The notes under the pieces: generated by a model
The model's input: the letters and a program-made list of their open reading frames with translations, nothing else
Databases searched by the model: none
Told to the model about the DNA's origin: nothing
Translations under genes and position numbers: made by a program
In this document: in pieces, positions 1-11,104 of the stretch
Position numbering within the stretch: position 1 is the stretch's first letter
How the letters are laid out: each line of letters begins with the position of its first letter
NCBI GenBank assembly: GCA_965140705.1
Contig: OZ223300.1
Location: 544,001 to 608,000, forward strand
Reading direction: 5' to 3'
DNA: 64,000 bases
Source of the DNA: an uncultured Arcobacter sp.
GTDB lineage: Bacteria > Campylobacterota > Campylobacteria > Campylobacterales > Arcobacteraceae

Positions 1-298
1 TGGTAGTATGGAAAATGCTATTGTTGTAGATAATGATAAAATCTTAAATCCAGAAGGATTAAGATATGAGAATGAATTTGTAAGACATAAAATTCTTGAT
101 GCTATAGGTGATATGTCTTTATTGGGATATACATTAATAGGTGAATATGATGCACATGCTGGAAGTCATCACTTAAATCATTTATTGACAAAAAAAGTTT
201 ATGAATCAGAAGAGAATTATGAAATTTTAGATTTAGAAGAAGCACAAAAAGAGAGTTATGTTTTCCAAAAAGCATATGCTTTAGTTGATGTAAATTAA
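1..298 (+). CDS. lpxC: UDP-3-O-acyl-N-acetylglucosamine deacetylase, C-terminal part (5' truncated by window)
   Basis: LRYENEFVRHKILDAIGD Zn-binding motif and GSHHLN. Confidence 0.95.
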   Translation, partial: GSMENAIVVDNDKILNPEGLRYENEFVRHKILDAIGDMSLLGYTLIGEYDAHAGSHHLNHLLTKKVYESEENYEILDLEEAQKESYVFQKAYALVDVN

Positions 299-306
299 GG
301 GATTAT

Positions 307-759
307 TTGATAGATATTATAGTTATTTCAATTTCGAGTCCAATAAAAATCGGAATTTATGAAAATCAAGTTTTAATAAAAGAGCTTGAACCAGAGGGAA
401 AAACATCTGATATTTTGCCAATAATATTTAAAAATTTATTGCAAGATTATGATATAAAATCTATAACTTATGTAAATACTCCAGGCTCTTATATGGCAAT
501 AAAAGTAGCTTATGTATTTTTAAAAACTATTTGTATTGCTAGAAAAATAGAGTTAAATGCCGCTAGTGGATTTTTGTTTAATGACAATTCCCCAATTAAA
601 GCTTTGGGTAAAAAGTATTTTTTTAATAAAAATGGTAAAATAATTATAGATTTTTTAGAAGAAAAGAGTATAATTTCAGATTTTAAATTACCAAAAAATT
701 TAGATAGAACAAAGTTCTCTTCTAATACTTTGCCAATTTATAATTTACCAGCAGTATAA
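307..759 (+). CDS. tsaB: Short TsaB/YeaZ-like tRNA t6A biosynthesis protein
   Basis: TPGSYMAIK resembles the GPGSFTG motif; TTG start; position between lpxC and thrB. Confidence 0.7.
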   Translation: MIDIIVISISSPIKIGIYENQVLIKELEPEGKTSDILPIIFKNLLQDYDIKSITYVNTPGSYMAIKVAYVFLKTICIARKIELNAASGFLFNDNSPIKALGKKYFFNKNGKIIIDFLEEKSIISDFKLPKNLDRTKFSSNTLPIYNLPAV

Positions 760-770
760 AAGGAATATAA

Positions 771-1652
771 TTGAGAATTAGTGTGCCAGCGACGAGTGCA
801 AACCTAGGACCAGGTTTTGATACCCTAGGGTTAGCTTTAAAAATAAAAAATCAAGTAACAATAAGACCAGCAAAATTTCATAGTGTATCTTTAAAAGGTG
901 AAGGTTCTAATAATCCTATTTTAAAAGATAACAATATGTTTATTGCTATTTTTAATGATTTTTATAATAATTTATCACAAAAAAAGAGATCTTTTAGATT
1001 TGAATTTGAGAATCAAATTCCATTATCAAGAGGTTTAGGAAGTTCATCTGCTGTAATTGTTAGTGCAATTGCATCAGCATATGCAATTGAAGAGATGGAA
1101 TTACCAAAAGAAAAACTGCTTAATTTAGCATTAGCTTATGAATCACATCCTGATAATATAACTCCAGCAGTTATGGGTGGATTTACAGTCTCTTCAGTTG
1201 AAGATAATGAAGTAAAATTCATAAATAAGTCTATTCCTAAAAGTTTAAGTGCAGTGGTTGTTGTCCCAAATAGACCAATTTCTACACAACTTTCAAGAAA
1301 AACTTTACCGTATAAGTATTCTAAAGAAGATGCTATATTTAATCTATCTCACTCTTCTTTATTAACAGCTGCTTTTATGAGTGAAAATTGGGAGATGCTA
1401 AAAATAGCCTCTCAAGATAAATTTCATCAAAGTTATAGGATGAGACAAATGCCAGAGCTTTTTGAGGTTCAAAAGTGCTCTTTAAATAGTGGTGCTCTAA
1501 TGAGTACTCTATCTGGTTCTGGTTCTACACTTTTTTCTATTTGTTATTTTGAAGATGCAAAAAAAATAGAGAAAGAGTTAAGAGCAAAATTTCCACATTT
1601 TAAAGTTTTTATTTCTGGTTTTGATAACTATGGAATTAAAGTTGAAGCATAA
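771..1652 (+). CDS. thrB: Homoserine kinase
   Basis: [30 protein letters not shown] motifs; TTG start with AAGGA RBS. Confidence 0.97.
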   Translation: MRISVPATSANLGPGFDTLGLALKIKNQVTIRPAKFHSVSLKGEGSNNPILKDNNMFIAIFNDFYNNLSQKKRSFRFEFENQIPLSRGLGSSSAVIVSAIASAYAIEEMELPKEKLLNLALAYESHPDNITPAVMGGFTVSSVEDNEVKFINKSIPKSLSAVVVVPNRPISTQLSRKTLPYKYSKEDAIFNLSHSSLLTAAFMSENWEMLKIASQDKFHQSYRMRQMPELFEVQKCSLNSGALMSTLSGSGSTLFSICYFEDAKKIEKELRAKFPHFKVFISGFDNYGIKVEA

Positions 1653-1686
1653 AAATTGGAAATTTAGTAAATTTTGGATATAATCA

Positions 1687-1953
1687 TTGCCTAAATTAGA
1701 AAAACCTATAAGAACTTGTATAGTTTGTCGTAGTAAATTAAGTAAAGAAAACTTAGTTAGACTTCAATGTAAGGATTATAAACTTACCAGTTTTGATGGA
1801 ATAGGTAGGAGTTTCTATATTTGTAAAGAGTGTCAAGAGAAAGCTCTTTTGGATATTGAAACAAAAAAAATAGAAAAAGCACTTTTTAGACAGTGCAAAA
1901 AAAAAGACGAGTACTTGGTACAACTTAAGGAGATAATAACGCATGTCAGATAA
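1687..1953 (+). CDS. ylxR: YlxR/DUF448 family RNA-binding protein
   Basis: PIRTCIVCR and GRSFYICKEC; directly upstream of infB. Confidence 0.85.
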   Translation: MPKLEKPIRTCIVCRSKLSKENLVRLQCKDYKLTSFDGIGRSFYICKECQEKALLDIETKKIEKALFRQCKKKDEYLVQLKEIITHVR

Positions 1954-4612
1954 CGTAAGAGTATATGAAATTGCAGAAGAAGCTGGGGCTAGCAGCAACC
2001 ATGTCATAAATAAAGCAAAAGATTTAGGAATTGAACTTAAATCACCTCAAAGTCAAACAACAGTTGAGGATGCAGAAGAGATAGTAAACTATATAATGAC
2101 TGGAAAAAGTAAAAAACTTCCACAAAAGAAAAAAGTAGCTAAAAAGGTTGAACCTAAAGTAGTTAAAGAAGAACCTGTGGTAATTGAAGAAACTAAGCCA
2201 AAAGAAGAAATTACTGTTAAAAAAATTAAGGTTGAAGAACCAAAAGAAGAAATTAAACCAGTAATTGAAAAACCTAAAAAAACTGAAGATACTAGCCCTA
2301 AAAAAACTGATGATACTCAAGAAGTTACTGATACTTTATCTGTTAAAAAAGTTGTACCTAAAAGAAGAGGTTTAAAAATTGTTAAGAAGAAAAAACCTGA
2401 AGAGCCAAAAGTAGAAAAGAAAGAAGAGTTAACTTTCTCTTCGGATGATTCTTCACAGGTAAAAAAACCTATGAAATCACTTAGTGAAATTTTAGGTGGT
2501 AATGGTAATACTAATCAAGAAAATCAAACAGAAGCTGCAAAAGCAAAAGCAAAAGCACAAAAGAAAAAAACTCCTCCAAAAGCTCATGAGCATGGAAAAG
2601 TATTAGAAATATCTAAACAAGAGTTTAAAGAATCTGATGATTCATTATTAGGTGAAGAAGTTGTTTTACTTGATATGGGATTAACTGATACATCAAAATT
2701 ATTTGATGATCCACACAAACCAGCAAAAAACAATAATGATAAGCAAACTAGAAGTTCAAAACCTGCTGCCTTTGGAAATAGACCTCAAGGTTTAAAAAGA
2801 GGTAGAAGAAAGAAAAGAATTAAAAGAGAAGTTGAAGCAACAGAAGTAACTGAAATTACTATACCTGAAGATGTTAGGGTTTATGAGTTTGCAGAAGCTT
2901 GTGGTAAAAGTGCTTCAGAAGTAATTACAGTACTATTTTCTTTAGGAATGATGGTTACAAAAAATGACTTCTTAAAACAAGATGAATTAGAGATCCTTGG
3001 TGAAGAGTTTGGTATTGAAGTAACTGTAAAAGATGCTTTAGAAGATGTAAATTATGTGGAAGATTTTGAAGAAGAAATTGATAAATCTAATTTCGTAACT
3101 AGACCTCCAGTTGTTACAATAATGGGACATGTTGACCATGGTAAAACTTCATTATTAGATAAAATTAGAAGTGCAAAAGTTGCTAAAGGTGAAGCTGGTG
3201 GAATTACTCAACATATTTCTGCATATACAGTTGAACAAAATGGTAAAAAAATCACTTTCGTAGATACTCCAGGACATGCTGCCTTTAGTGAAATGAGATC
3301 AAGAGGTGCAAGTGTAACTGATGTTATTATCATTGTTGTTGCAGCTGATGATGGTGTTAAACCTCAAACTGAAGAAGTAATAGCACATGCAAAAGCTAGT
3401 GGTTGTCCAATCATTGTTGCAATGAATAAAATGGATAAAGAAACTGCAAATCCTGATATGGTTAAATCTCAAATGGCAGAGAAAGATATGCTTCCTATTG
3501 ATTGGGGTGGAGATATTGAGTTCATCGGTGTTTCAGCTCATACAGGTGAAGGTATTGATGATTTACTTGAGAATATTTTAATTCAAGCAGAAATGTTAGA
3601 GTTACAAGCAGATCCAACTTCAAAAGCTAAAGCTACAGTTGTAGAAGCTACACTTGAAAAAGGTAGAGGTCCAGTTGCAACTGTAATTGTACAAAGCGGT
3701 ACATTAAGAGTTGGTGATAATATCGTAAGTGATACTACATATGGTAGAGTAAAAGCTATAACTAATGATATGGGTAAACCTGTAAAAGAGTTAGGTCTTT
3801 CTGAAACTGGTAATGTATTAGGATTAAATGATATTCCTACATCTGGTTCTGTTATGGTTGCACAAGATAGTGAAAAAGAAGCTAGAGATATTGCTACTAC
3901 TAGAGCTGAACATGCAAGAGCAAAAGAGTTATCTAAATCAACTAAAGTATCTTTAGAAGAGATGAGTGGATTAATTGCAGAAGGGAAAATAAAACAACTT
4001 CCAGTGATTATTAAAACTGATGTTGGTGGTTCTTTAGAAGCCATTAAAGGTTCATTAGAAAAAATCCAAAATGATGAAGTAAAAGTTAAAATTTTACATG
4101 CAGCAGTTGGTGGAATCACTGAATCTGATGTGGTTTTAGCAGGAGCTAGTGAAGGTTGTATTATCTTAGGATTTAATGTAAGACCTACTGGTTCTATTAA
4201 ACAAAAAGCAAAAGCTGATGGAATTACAATCAATACTTATAGTATTATTTATGATTTAATTGATGATATCAAAGCAACACTATCTGGTATGATGAGTGCA
4301 GTAATAAGAGAAGAAAATACTGGACAAGCAGAAGTTAAAGATACATTCGTAGTTCCAAAAGTTGGAACTGTTGCTGGATGTTTAGTAACTGATGGTAAAG
4401 TTATAAAAGGTGAACATGCAAGAATCATTAGAGATGGTGTTGTTACATATACAGGTAAAATCTCATCACTTAAAAGATTCAAAGATGATGCAAAAGAAGT
4501 TGTTAATGGATTTGAATGTGGTATTATGTTTGAGAAATTCAATGATATAAAAGTTGGAGATTTCATCGAAACATTTATTCAAATTGAAGAAAAAATCAAT
4601 ATAGATTTATAA
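1943..4612 (+). CDS. infB: Translation initiation factor IF-2
   Basis: [17 protein letters not shown] GTPase motifs; K/E-rich N-terminus. Confidence 0.99.
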   Translation: MSDNVRVYEIAEEAGASSNHVINKAKDLGIELKSPQSQTTVEDAEEIVNYIMTGKSKKLPQKKKVAKKVEPKVVKEEPVVIEETKPKEEITVKKIKVEEPKEEIKPVIEKPKKTEDTSPKKTDDTQEVTDTLSVKKVVPKRRGLKIVKKKKPEEPKVEKKEELTFSSDDSSQVKKPMKSLSEILGGNGNTNQENQTEAAKAKAKAQKKKTPPKAHEHGKVLEISKQEFKESDDSLLGEEVVLLDMGLTDTSKLFDDPHKPAKNNNDKQTRSSKPAAFGNRPQGLKRGRRKKRIKREVEATEVTEITIPEDVRVYEFAEACGKSASEVITVLFSLGMMVTKNDFLKQDELEILGEEFGIEVTVKDALEDVNYVEDFEEEIDKSNFVTRPPVVTIMGHVDHGKTSLLDKIRSAKVAKGEAGGITQHISAYTVEQNGKKITFVDTPGHAAFSEMRSRGASVTDVIIIVVAADDGVKPQTEEVIAHAKASGCPIIVAMNKMDKETANPDMVKSQMAEKDMLPIDWGGDIEFIGVSAHTGEGIDDLLENILIQAEMLELQADPTSKAKATVVEATLEKGRGPVATVIVQSGTLRVGDNIVSDTTYGRVKAITNDMGKPVKELGLSETGNVLGLNDIPTSGSVMVAQDSEKEARDIATTRAEHARAKELSKSTKVSLEEMSGLIAEGKIKQLPVIIKTDVGGSLEAIKGSLEKIQNDEVKVKILHAAVGGITESDVVLAGASEGCIILGFNVRPTGSIKQKAKADGITINTYSIIYDLIDDIKATLSGMMSAVIREENTGQAEVKDTFVVPKVGTVAGCLVTDGKVIKGEHARIIRDGVVTYTGKISSLKRFKDDAKEVVNGFECGIMFEKFNDIKVGDFIETFIQIEEKINIDL

Positions 4613-4613
4613 G

Positions 4614-4970
4614 ATGAAAAGTGTAAACTTACAAAGAACAGAGTCTTTACTTATGGAATTAATTCCTGAGGCTCTGGCTACTTTAAATGACAATAGAATC
4701 AAATCATTGGGAATTACTGAAGTTAATTGTAGAAATGGTAAATATGATGCTATAGTTTATTATGATGGAAGTGATTATGATAAAAAAGAACACCAAATAT
4801 TAAATAACTTATTAAGTAAAGCAAATGGACATATCAAAACTTACTGTTTAAATGCAACAGGTTGGTACAAATGTCCAAACTTTAAATTTCAAGCTGATGA
4901 CAAATTAGAAAAAGACTTAAAAATAGAGTCTTTATTTGAAAAAATAAAAAAAGAGAAAAAAGAGGACTAA
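4614..4970 (+). CDS. rbfA: 30S ribosome-binding factor A
   Basis: Follows inf[10 protein letters not shown] motif typical of Campylobacterota RbfA. Confidence 0.9.
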   Translation: MKSVNLQRTESLLMELIPEALATLNDNRIKSLGITEVNCRNGKYDAIVYYDGSDYDKKEHQILNNLLSKANGHIKTYCLNATGWYKCPNFKFQADDKLEKDLKIESLFEKIKKEKKED

Positions 4971-5398
4971 TGACTTTAGAAGAATCAATTGAAATGACTG
5001 TAAAAGGTTGTGGAGTTGAATTATATGATATTTTAACTACTAAAGAAAATGATAGAGACATATATAGAATTTATATAACATCTAAAGATGGTGTTTCACT
5101 TGACAAATGTGCTGAAGTCTCAAGATTAATTTCACCTATTCTAGATACAAATGAACCAATGTATGGTAAATATAACTTAGAAGTTAGTTCTCCTGGAATT
5201 GAGAGAAAGTTAAAAAGAACAGCTCATTATATCTCTTCAGTTGGTGAAAAAGTTAAAGTAAAAGATTTTGACAAAAATGTATTAAAAGGTGAATTAATTT
5301 TTGCCGATGAGAATGAAATAAAAGTGAAAACTCAAGAGGGTGAAGAAACTATTTCTTATGATAAAATCTCTTCAGCTTCAACTTATTTTGAATGGTAA
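4970..5398 (+). CDS. rimP: Ribosome maturation factor RimP
   Basis: [12 protein letters not shown] motif. Confidence 0.95.
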   Translation: MTLEESIEMTVKGCGVELYDILTTKENDRDIYRIYITSKDGVSLDKCAEVSRLISPILDTNEPMYGKYNLEVSSPGIERKLKRTAHYISSVGEKVKVKDFDKNVLKGELIFADENEIKVKTQEGEETISYDKISSASTYFEW

Positions 5399-5413
5399 TG
5401 TAAGGAAATATGC

Positions 5414-6040
5414 ATGAGTTTTGAAAGCTCATTAACTTTTTTCCTAGCAATATTTATTTTTAGCATTACTCCAGGTCCTGGAGTTTTTGCTCTTTTAGCA
5501 AGAGGAATGACTCTTGGCACTAAACACTGTATTCCCTTAGCTTTTGGTATGTCTATAAGTGATATTATTTATTTAGTTTTTGCATGTCTAGGATTAGCAA
5601 CAATTGCACAAAACTATGCTTTATTATTTGAATTTATTAGAATAATTGGAGCCCTTTATCTGTTTTATTTGGGTTACAAGATGTTTACTACACCAATTGA
5701 AATTGAGTCAGTATCAAAAGACAAAGGCCCTAAAAAAGATTTTTTCTTGAGCTTTATGCAAGGCTTTTTAATCTCAGCTTCAAATCCAAAAGTTATATTA
5801 TTTTATATAGCTTTTTTACCAACATTTTTAGATATAAAATCTCTAAGTACTTATGATATTTTTATAGTTTCTACTTTAGCACTATTTGCATTGATGATTG
5901 GATTGATGTGTGTGTCAATTTTAGCAGCACAGGCAAAACAAGTTCTAAAATCTAAAAAAGCACTAAAAAGATTAAACTATACTGCTGGTTCAATTATGAT
6001 TGCAGCTGGAAGCTTTTTATTATTTAATAGGCAAGCATAA
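5414..6040 (+). CDS. LysE/RhtB family amino-acid exporter
   Basis: ITPGPG, GALYLFYLG, SNPKVILFY; hydrophobic helices. Confidence 0.9.
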   Translation: MSFESSLTFFLAIFIFSITPGPGVFALLARGMTLGTKHCIPLAFGMSISDIIYLVFACLGLATIAQNYALLFEFIRIIGALYLFYLGYKMFTTPIEIESVSKDKGPKKDFFLSFMQGFLISASNPKVILFYIAFLPTFLDIKSLSTYDIFIVSTLALFALMIGLMCVSILAAQAKQVLKSKKALKRLNYTAGSIMIAAGSFLLFNRQA

Positions 6041-7047
6041 TGGTAATAGACGATAAATTTTATATGAAACTTGCTATTGATGAAGCATGGAAATATCAGC
6101 TTCTAACATATCCAAATCCAGCAGTTGGTTGTGTAATTGTAAAAAAAGGTGAGATTATAGCTATAGAAGCTCACAAAGAAGCAGGAATGCCACATGCAGA
6201 AGTGAATGCCCTAAAAGCTGCATATTTAAAAAAGAATCAAAATGATACATTAAAGATAAAAAAAACTTCCCATGAGATTCATGATTATTTGCTAAAAAAT
6301 CATAATAATTTTTTTAATGATTGTGAAGTTTATGTAACTTTAGAACCATGTAATCACATAGGGAAAACTCCCTCATGTGCAAACCTCTTAAAAGAGTTAA
6401 AACCTAAAAGAGTAATCATAGCCCATGAAGATACAAATAAACAAGCCTCAGGTGGCATACAAACCCTAGAAAGTGTAAATATAGATGTTAGTCTAGGATG
6501 TATGAAAAAAGAAGCCTATGCCCTTTTATATCCATTTATAAAGTGGAGCAGCGGAACATTTATATTCTATAAAATGGCACAAACCCTAAATGGCTCTATA
6601 GATGGAAAAGTATCATCAACTATGGCACAACTTTATGTACATACACTAAGAGATAAAATAGACTTAATGCTAATAGGTGGAAATACAGTAAGAACAGATA
6701 AACCAACCTTAGATGCAAGATATATAGCAGGACGAGCCCCAAATGTAATGATATATAGTAAAAACAAAATCTTCGATAATAATATCCCACTATTTAAAGT
6801 ACCAAATAGAGAAGTAATAATAAGTGATGACTTATTTAAACTACTAGATTACAAGTTTGTAATGGCAGAGGGCATTTATAATTTAATGGATACACTAAAA
6901 GAGCGAATTGATTATATGATACTTTTAATTAGTCCAAAAATTAGAAAAGGTGTAAATGCTTTAAATGAGATTGATATGGATTTTGAGATTGTTCATGAAA
7001 ATTATATAGGTGAAGAGAAAATTGTTTTTCTCAAAAGAAAGAATTAA
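6040..7047 (+). CDS. ribD: Riboflavin biosynthesis deaminase/reductase
   Basis: PNPAVG, HAE, TLEPCNHIGKTPSC, GGNTVRTDKP. Confidence 0.96.
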   Translation: MVIDDKFYMKLAIDEAWKYQLLTYPNPAVGCVIVKKGEIIAIEAHKEAGMPHAEVNALKAAYLKKNQNDTLKIKKTSHEIHDYLLKNHNNFFNDCEVYVTLEPCNHIGKTPSCANLLKELKPKRVIIAHEDTNKQASGGIQTLESVNIDVSLGCMKKEAYALLYPFIKWSSGTFIFYKMAQTLNGSIDGKVSSTMAQLYVHTLRDKIDLMLIGGNTVRTDKPTLDARYIAGRAPNVMIYSKNKIFDNNIPLFKVPNREVIISDDLFKLLDYKFVMAEGIYNLMDTLKERIDYMILLISPKIRKGVNALNEIDMDFEIVHENYIGEEKIVFLKRKN

Positions 7048-7065
7048 ACAATTTTTATCAAACTG

Positions 7066-7192
7066 AAAAATATAAATATTTATTGATAGAAACAAGAGAG
7101 AGGTTTTTTTGAGGAAGGAGCTGACAAGTGTCAGTAACTCTGAAGAAAAGAAATCTCTATCGCAGTTTATAGCGATAAAGATTTATATTTTT
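7066..7192. repeat. Long imperfect inverted repeat (MITE/REP-like hairpin) between convergent ribD and efp
   Basis: AAAAATATAAAT (7066-7077) pairs with ATTTATATTTTT (7181-7192); nested AGAGGTTTTTTT/AAAAGAAATCTCT and CTGAC-AAGT-GTCAG. Confidence 0.6.
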
Positions 7193-7754
7193 ATTTTACT
7201 TTTTCTAAGTACTCACCAGTTCTTGTGTCACATTTAATAACGTCACCTTCAACTAAGTGAAATGGTATTTGTACTACTGCACCTGATTCAAGAGTTGCAG
7301 GTTTTTTACCACCTTGAGAATCACCTTTGAAGTTTGGTGGAGTATCTACTATTTTTAATTCAACTGTCATTGGTGGTTCAACTGTGATTGCGCTTCCATT
7401 GAAGAACATCATATCACAACTCATACCATCAATAATCCAATCAAATGCTTCACCAACTTGGTCATATGTTAAACCAATTTGTTCATAAGTATTGTTATCC
7501 ATAAATTGTAATAACTCACCATCATCGTATAAAAACTGCATAGTTTTTTGTTGTAAATCTGGAGTTTCACATTTATCACCAGCATGGAAAGTTTTTTCAA
7601 TAACTTTTCCATTTAAAAAAGATTTAATTTTACATCTTACAAATGCTGCACCTTTTCCAGGTTTTACATGTTGATATTCAGTAATTTTGTAAGGTATTCC
7701 ATCAATTTGGATTTTTAATCCCTTTTTTAATTCACTCATTCCTATATTTGCCAA
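7191..7754 (-). CDS. efp: Elongation factor P
   Basis: [30 protein letters not shown] start. Confidence 0.98.
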   Translation of the reverse strand: MANIGMSELKKGLKIQIDGIPYKITEYQHVKPGKGAAFVRCKIKSFLNGKVIEKTFHAGDKCETPDLQQKTMQFLYDDGELLQFMDNNTYEQIGLTYDQVGEAFDWIIDGMSCDMMFFNGSAITVEPPMTVELKIVDTPPNFKGDSQGGKKPATLESGAVVQIPFHLVEGDVIKCDTRTGEYLEKVK

Positions 7755-7766
7755 AGTTACCCCTTA

Positions 7767-9350
7767 TTATATTTCTACATAAGAAACTGAAATTGCAGCT
7801 TCTAAGTTTTCTAATTGTTTTAAAACATCGTGAGAAACAAATGAATCAACTAATATGACAGCCAATGCAGAGTCTTTTCCACGAGATAATCTAAAGTCAG
7901 CGATATTGATATTATTATCACCTAAAGTTTTTCCAACTGTTCCAATTACGCCTGGGATATCAGAATTTCTTAAAAGAATCATATTTCCTTTTGGAGCAAT
8001 ATCAAATACGAAGCCATTAACTTCTACTATTCTTTGAACATCTTCATCAAATACAGTTCCTGAAATAGTATTTACACCTTTTTCAGTAGTGATTTTAACA
8101 GTTACTTTATTGCTATAGCCACTGCCATTTACGATTTCACAAGTATCAAATTTGATACCTTTTTCTTCAGCCCAAAATTTTGCATTTACATAATTAACTT
8201 CATCTCCACCAGCGACTTTTAAAGCGCCAACAGTTGCAAAAGTTAGAAGTGAATCTAAATACTCTTTGATCTCACCTTGTGCACTAACAGTTATTGATCT
8301 AATAGCAGTTTTATCAGTTTGTGCACTTAAGAATGCTATTTTTTGAGTTAATTCAATATATGGTTTAACAAAAGAAGGAATTTTGCTTTCATCTATTGGA
8401 AGGTTTAAAGCATTTGGATATGAAATACCTCTTGCTGACTCAATTGCATTTCTTGCAGCTTGAACTGCTATTTCTTTTTGAGATTCTTTTGTATTTGCAC
8501 CTAAGTGGGCAGTTACAGTTATATTTGGTAAATCTAATAATGGATTATTTATTGCTGGTTCTTTTTTGAAAACATCAATTCCTGCCATTGCAATTTTACC
8601 TGATTTTAGGTTATTATATAATGCTTCTTCATTATATAATCCACCCCTTGCACAGTTGATTAGAATTACTCCATCTTTCATCTTAGTAATTTGAGCTTCA
8701 CCAATCATATCGATTGTTTCTTGATTTTTTGGTGTATGTATTGTAATAATGTCACAAGATAAAATATCATCAAAGTTTGTAGTATATTTAATACCTAAAT
8801 CAGTCGCTTTTGTTGAAGGGATATAAGGGTCATAAGTAACTACGTCCATCTCAAATGATTTTGCTCTAAGTGCAACTCTATGTCCTATATTTCCAAAACC
8901 GATAACACCTAGTTTTTTCCCAAATAGTTCATTACCATACCAATCTTCTCTTTTCCATACTCTCTCATTTTTTAATTGATTATGAGCATAAGGAAACTTT
9001 CTCATACAAGAAAGCATGTGCGTCATTGTAAGTTCAACTGCTGCTATAGTATTTGCAGTTGGAACATTCATAGCAATAATACCTCTTTTGCTACAACCTT
9101 CCATATCCACATTATCATAACCAACACCAGCTCTTATAATAGCTTTTAAGTTTACAGCAGCATTTAAGAATTTTTCATCAACATCTGTTGAAGATCTTGT
9201 AATTGCAATGTCAGCATCTTTAATTACATCTAATAATGCAGTTTTATCAATATTAGCTGCAAAGACATAATTAATATCTTCTGCAGCTTTAAGTATATTT
9301 AGTCCATTTTCATGGATATGATCACAAACTACAATTGTATGTTTACTCAT
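7767..9350 (-). CDS. serA: D-3-phosphoglycerate dehydrogenase with ASB/ACT domains
   Basis: RAGVGYDNVD, GFGNIG, NCARGG, HLGANT; C-terminal ACT. Confidence 0.96.
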   Translation of the reverse strand: MSKHTIVVCDHIHENGLNILKAAEDINYVFAANIDKTALLDVIKDADIAITRSSTDVDEKFLNAAVNLKAIIRAGVGYDNVDMEGCSKRGIIAMNVPTANTIAAVELTMTHMLSCMRKFPYAHNQLKNERVWKREDWYGNELFGKKLGVIGFGNIGHRVALRAKSFEMDVVTYDPYIPSTKATDLGIKYTTNFDDILSCDIITIHTPKNQETIDMIGEAQITKMKDGVILINCARGGLYNEEALYNNLKSGKIAMAGIDVFKKEPAINNPLLDLPNITVTAHLGANTKESQKEIAVQAARNAIESARGISYPNALNLPIDESKIPSFVKPYIELTQKIAFLSAQTDKTAIRSITVSAQGEIKEYLDSLLTFATVGALKVAGGDEVNYVNAKFWAEEKGIKFDTCEIVNGSGYSNKVTVKITTEKGVNTISGTVFDEDVQRIVEVNGFVFDIAPKGNMILLRNSDIPGVIGTVGKTLGDNNINIADFRLSRGKDSALAVILVDSFVSHDVLKQLENLEAAISVSYVEI

Positions 9351-9367
9351 TCTACTAAATCCTTGAA

Positions 9368-11020
9368 TTATTTCATTTGGTCTTTTAATAAGTCACCTAA
9401 AGTCATAGATGAATCATCATTTACAGATTTTAAGATTTCTCTTTCTTGTTGTTGTTCTAATCTTTTGATTGATAATCTAACTCTATTTCTATTAGTATCA
9501 ATATTTACAACAACAGCTTCAATCTCTTTTCCAATTTCAATATTATCAGCAGTTGTAGGAGCAAAATCTTCATTTCTAACTAGTCCATCTAAATTGTCTT
9601 CAAGTTTTATGAATAATCCGAAGTCTTTAAGATCTTTGATTGTTCCTTTTACAATATCTCCAATTTTATGAGTTGCTTGGAATTTTTTAGCAGGAGAGTC
9701 TGTAATATCTTTGATTGATAATGAAATATTTTCTTTTTCTTTGTCAATTTTGATAATTTTAACTTCAAGTTCATCACCTTTTTTGTAAAGGTTTTTACAT
9801 TTTGCATTACCTTCCCAAGAAGCTTCTTCATTGTGTAATAATCCATCAACATCACCAAGAGTAACAAATGCTCCAAATTCAGTTAAAGTTGCTACTTTAC
9901 CAGTAACGATATCTCCAACTTTATGCTCTTTTGTAAATTTTGCAAAAGGTTTTTCTTGAAGATTTTTTAAAGATACTCTTAATCTTTTTTTATCAACGTC
10001 TAATTCAATAACTTCAACATTAACTTCATCACCTAATGTTAATAAGTCTTTTGGATTTTTAAGATTTTTATTCCATGAAATTTCAGAGATATGTAATAAA
10101 CCTTCAATATCATTTCCTAAGTCAACAAATGCCCCATAAGACTCAAAGTTAGAGATAGTTACAGTAATAGTATCACCTACATCTAATTCGTCTCTGATTT
10201 CTTCCCAAGGGTTAGAAAGTGCAGCTTTAACTGATAAAGATAAATGTTGTTTTGCTTTATCATAAGATAGAACTTTAACTGTTACTTCATCACCTTCAGC
10301 ATAATAATTAGATGGATTAACAGGACCTTTGTAAGAGATTTCATTGTAGTTTACTAAACCATCAATTCCACCTAAATCTACAAACATTCCATAAGATGTA
10401 ATTTTTTTGATTGTTCCATTGATTAAACCATCATTTTCTAAAAATTGTGCAACTTTTGCATCTTTTTCTATTTTAGATTCTTCGATAAGTTTTTTTCTTG
10501 AAACTATGATTGAGTTTTGTGCTTCATTGATTTTTAAAACTTTTGCTTTAACTTTTTTACCAAGTGCACCTTGAGCTTTTAAATATGATTGAGCCATCGG
10601 CATGAAATATTCACAACCATTGTCATCTTCAATTATAAATCCACCTCTAGGTTTAATAGAGATAATTTTACCTTCAATTGTAACATCTTCTAAATTTTCT
10701 GAATGTTCTTTTACAAAAGCATCAAATTTTTCTTTTTGTAAAACTTTTTTATGAGAGATTGAAGGTTTTTCACCTCTAATACCAGTTAATATAACAGGAA
10801 TAGTATCACCTACTTTATATTTAACTTCACCACCAATAGTAATTTCAGAGATATGTAGTCTTCCTTCAACTTTTTGACCAACATCAACAGAAACGTTTTC
10901 ACCAGAAATTTCAACAATAACACCATCAACTACAGAGTTATTCTCTGCATTTTCGAAAGACTCATTAAGCATTTGCTCAAAGTCAAAGTCTTCACCAATT
11001 TCAATATCTTCGATACCCAT
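9368..11020 (-). CDS. rpsA: 30S ribosomal protein S1 (start moved to ATG 11020)
   Basis: Repeated S1 domains (YGAFVDLG, GLLHISE); AAGGA RBS before ATG at 11020. Confidence 0.96.
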   Translation of the reverse strand: MGIEDIEIGEDFDFEQMLNESFENAENNSVVDGVIVEISGENVSVDVGQKVEGRLHISEITIGGEVKYKVGDTIPVILTGIRGEKPSISHKKVLQKEKFDAFVKEHSENLEDVTIEGKIISIKPRGGFIIEDDNGCEYFMPMAQSYLKAQGALGKKVKAKVLKINEAQNSIIVSRKKLIEESKIEKDAKVAQFLENDGLINGTIKKITSYGMFVDLGGIDGLVNYNEISYKGPVNPSNYYAEGDEVTVKVLSYDKAKQHLSLSVKAALSNPWEEIRDELDVGDTITVTISNFESYGAFVDLGNDIEGLLHISEISWNKNLKNPKDLLTLGDEVNVEVIELDVDKKRLRVSLKNLQEKPFAKFTKEHKVGDIVTGKVATLTEFGAFVTLGDVDGLLHNEEASWEGNAKCKNLYKKGDELEVKIIKIDKEKENISLSIKDITDSPAKKFQATHKIGDIVKGTIKDLKDFGLFIKLEDNLDGLVRNEDFAPTTADNIEIGKEIEAVVVNIDTNRNRVRLSIKRLEQQQEREILKSVNDDSSMTLGDLLKDQMK

Positions 11021-11059
11021 ATTTTTCCTTCGTATAACCATTATTTATAAAATGCAGTG

Positions 11060-11083
11060 ATTATATCGAAGATTGGCTTAAAT
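11060..11083 (-). promoter_or_regulatory. Likely sigma70 promoter of rpsA-serA-efp
   Basis: Minus strand TTTAAGccaatcttcgaTATAAT; -10 at 11065-11060. Confidence 0.55.
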
Positions 11084-11104
11084 AACTTTAATTTTAAATT
11101 TTAC

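Noticed and set aside
1679..1689. TATAAT just before the ylxR TTG as a leaderless promoter
   Set aside because: Only 2 nt separate the -10 box from the start codon, too close for a leaderless transcript. It may serve infB instead, but I cannot resolve this.
2120..2600. K/E/P-rich quasi-repeats in infB
   Set aside because: Normal low-complexity IF-2 N-terminal linker, not a DNA repeat array.
2042..4566. Minus-strand ORFs within infB, and similar antisense ORFs in serA, aroA, pheT, fabF, atpB, ThrE, hisG and the MCP
   Set aside because: Shadow frames of strongly conserved genes; no motifs or RBS support.
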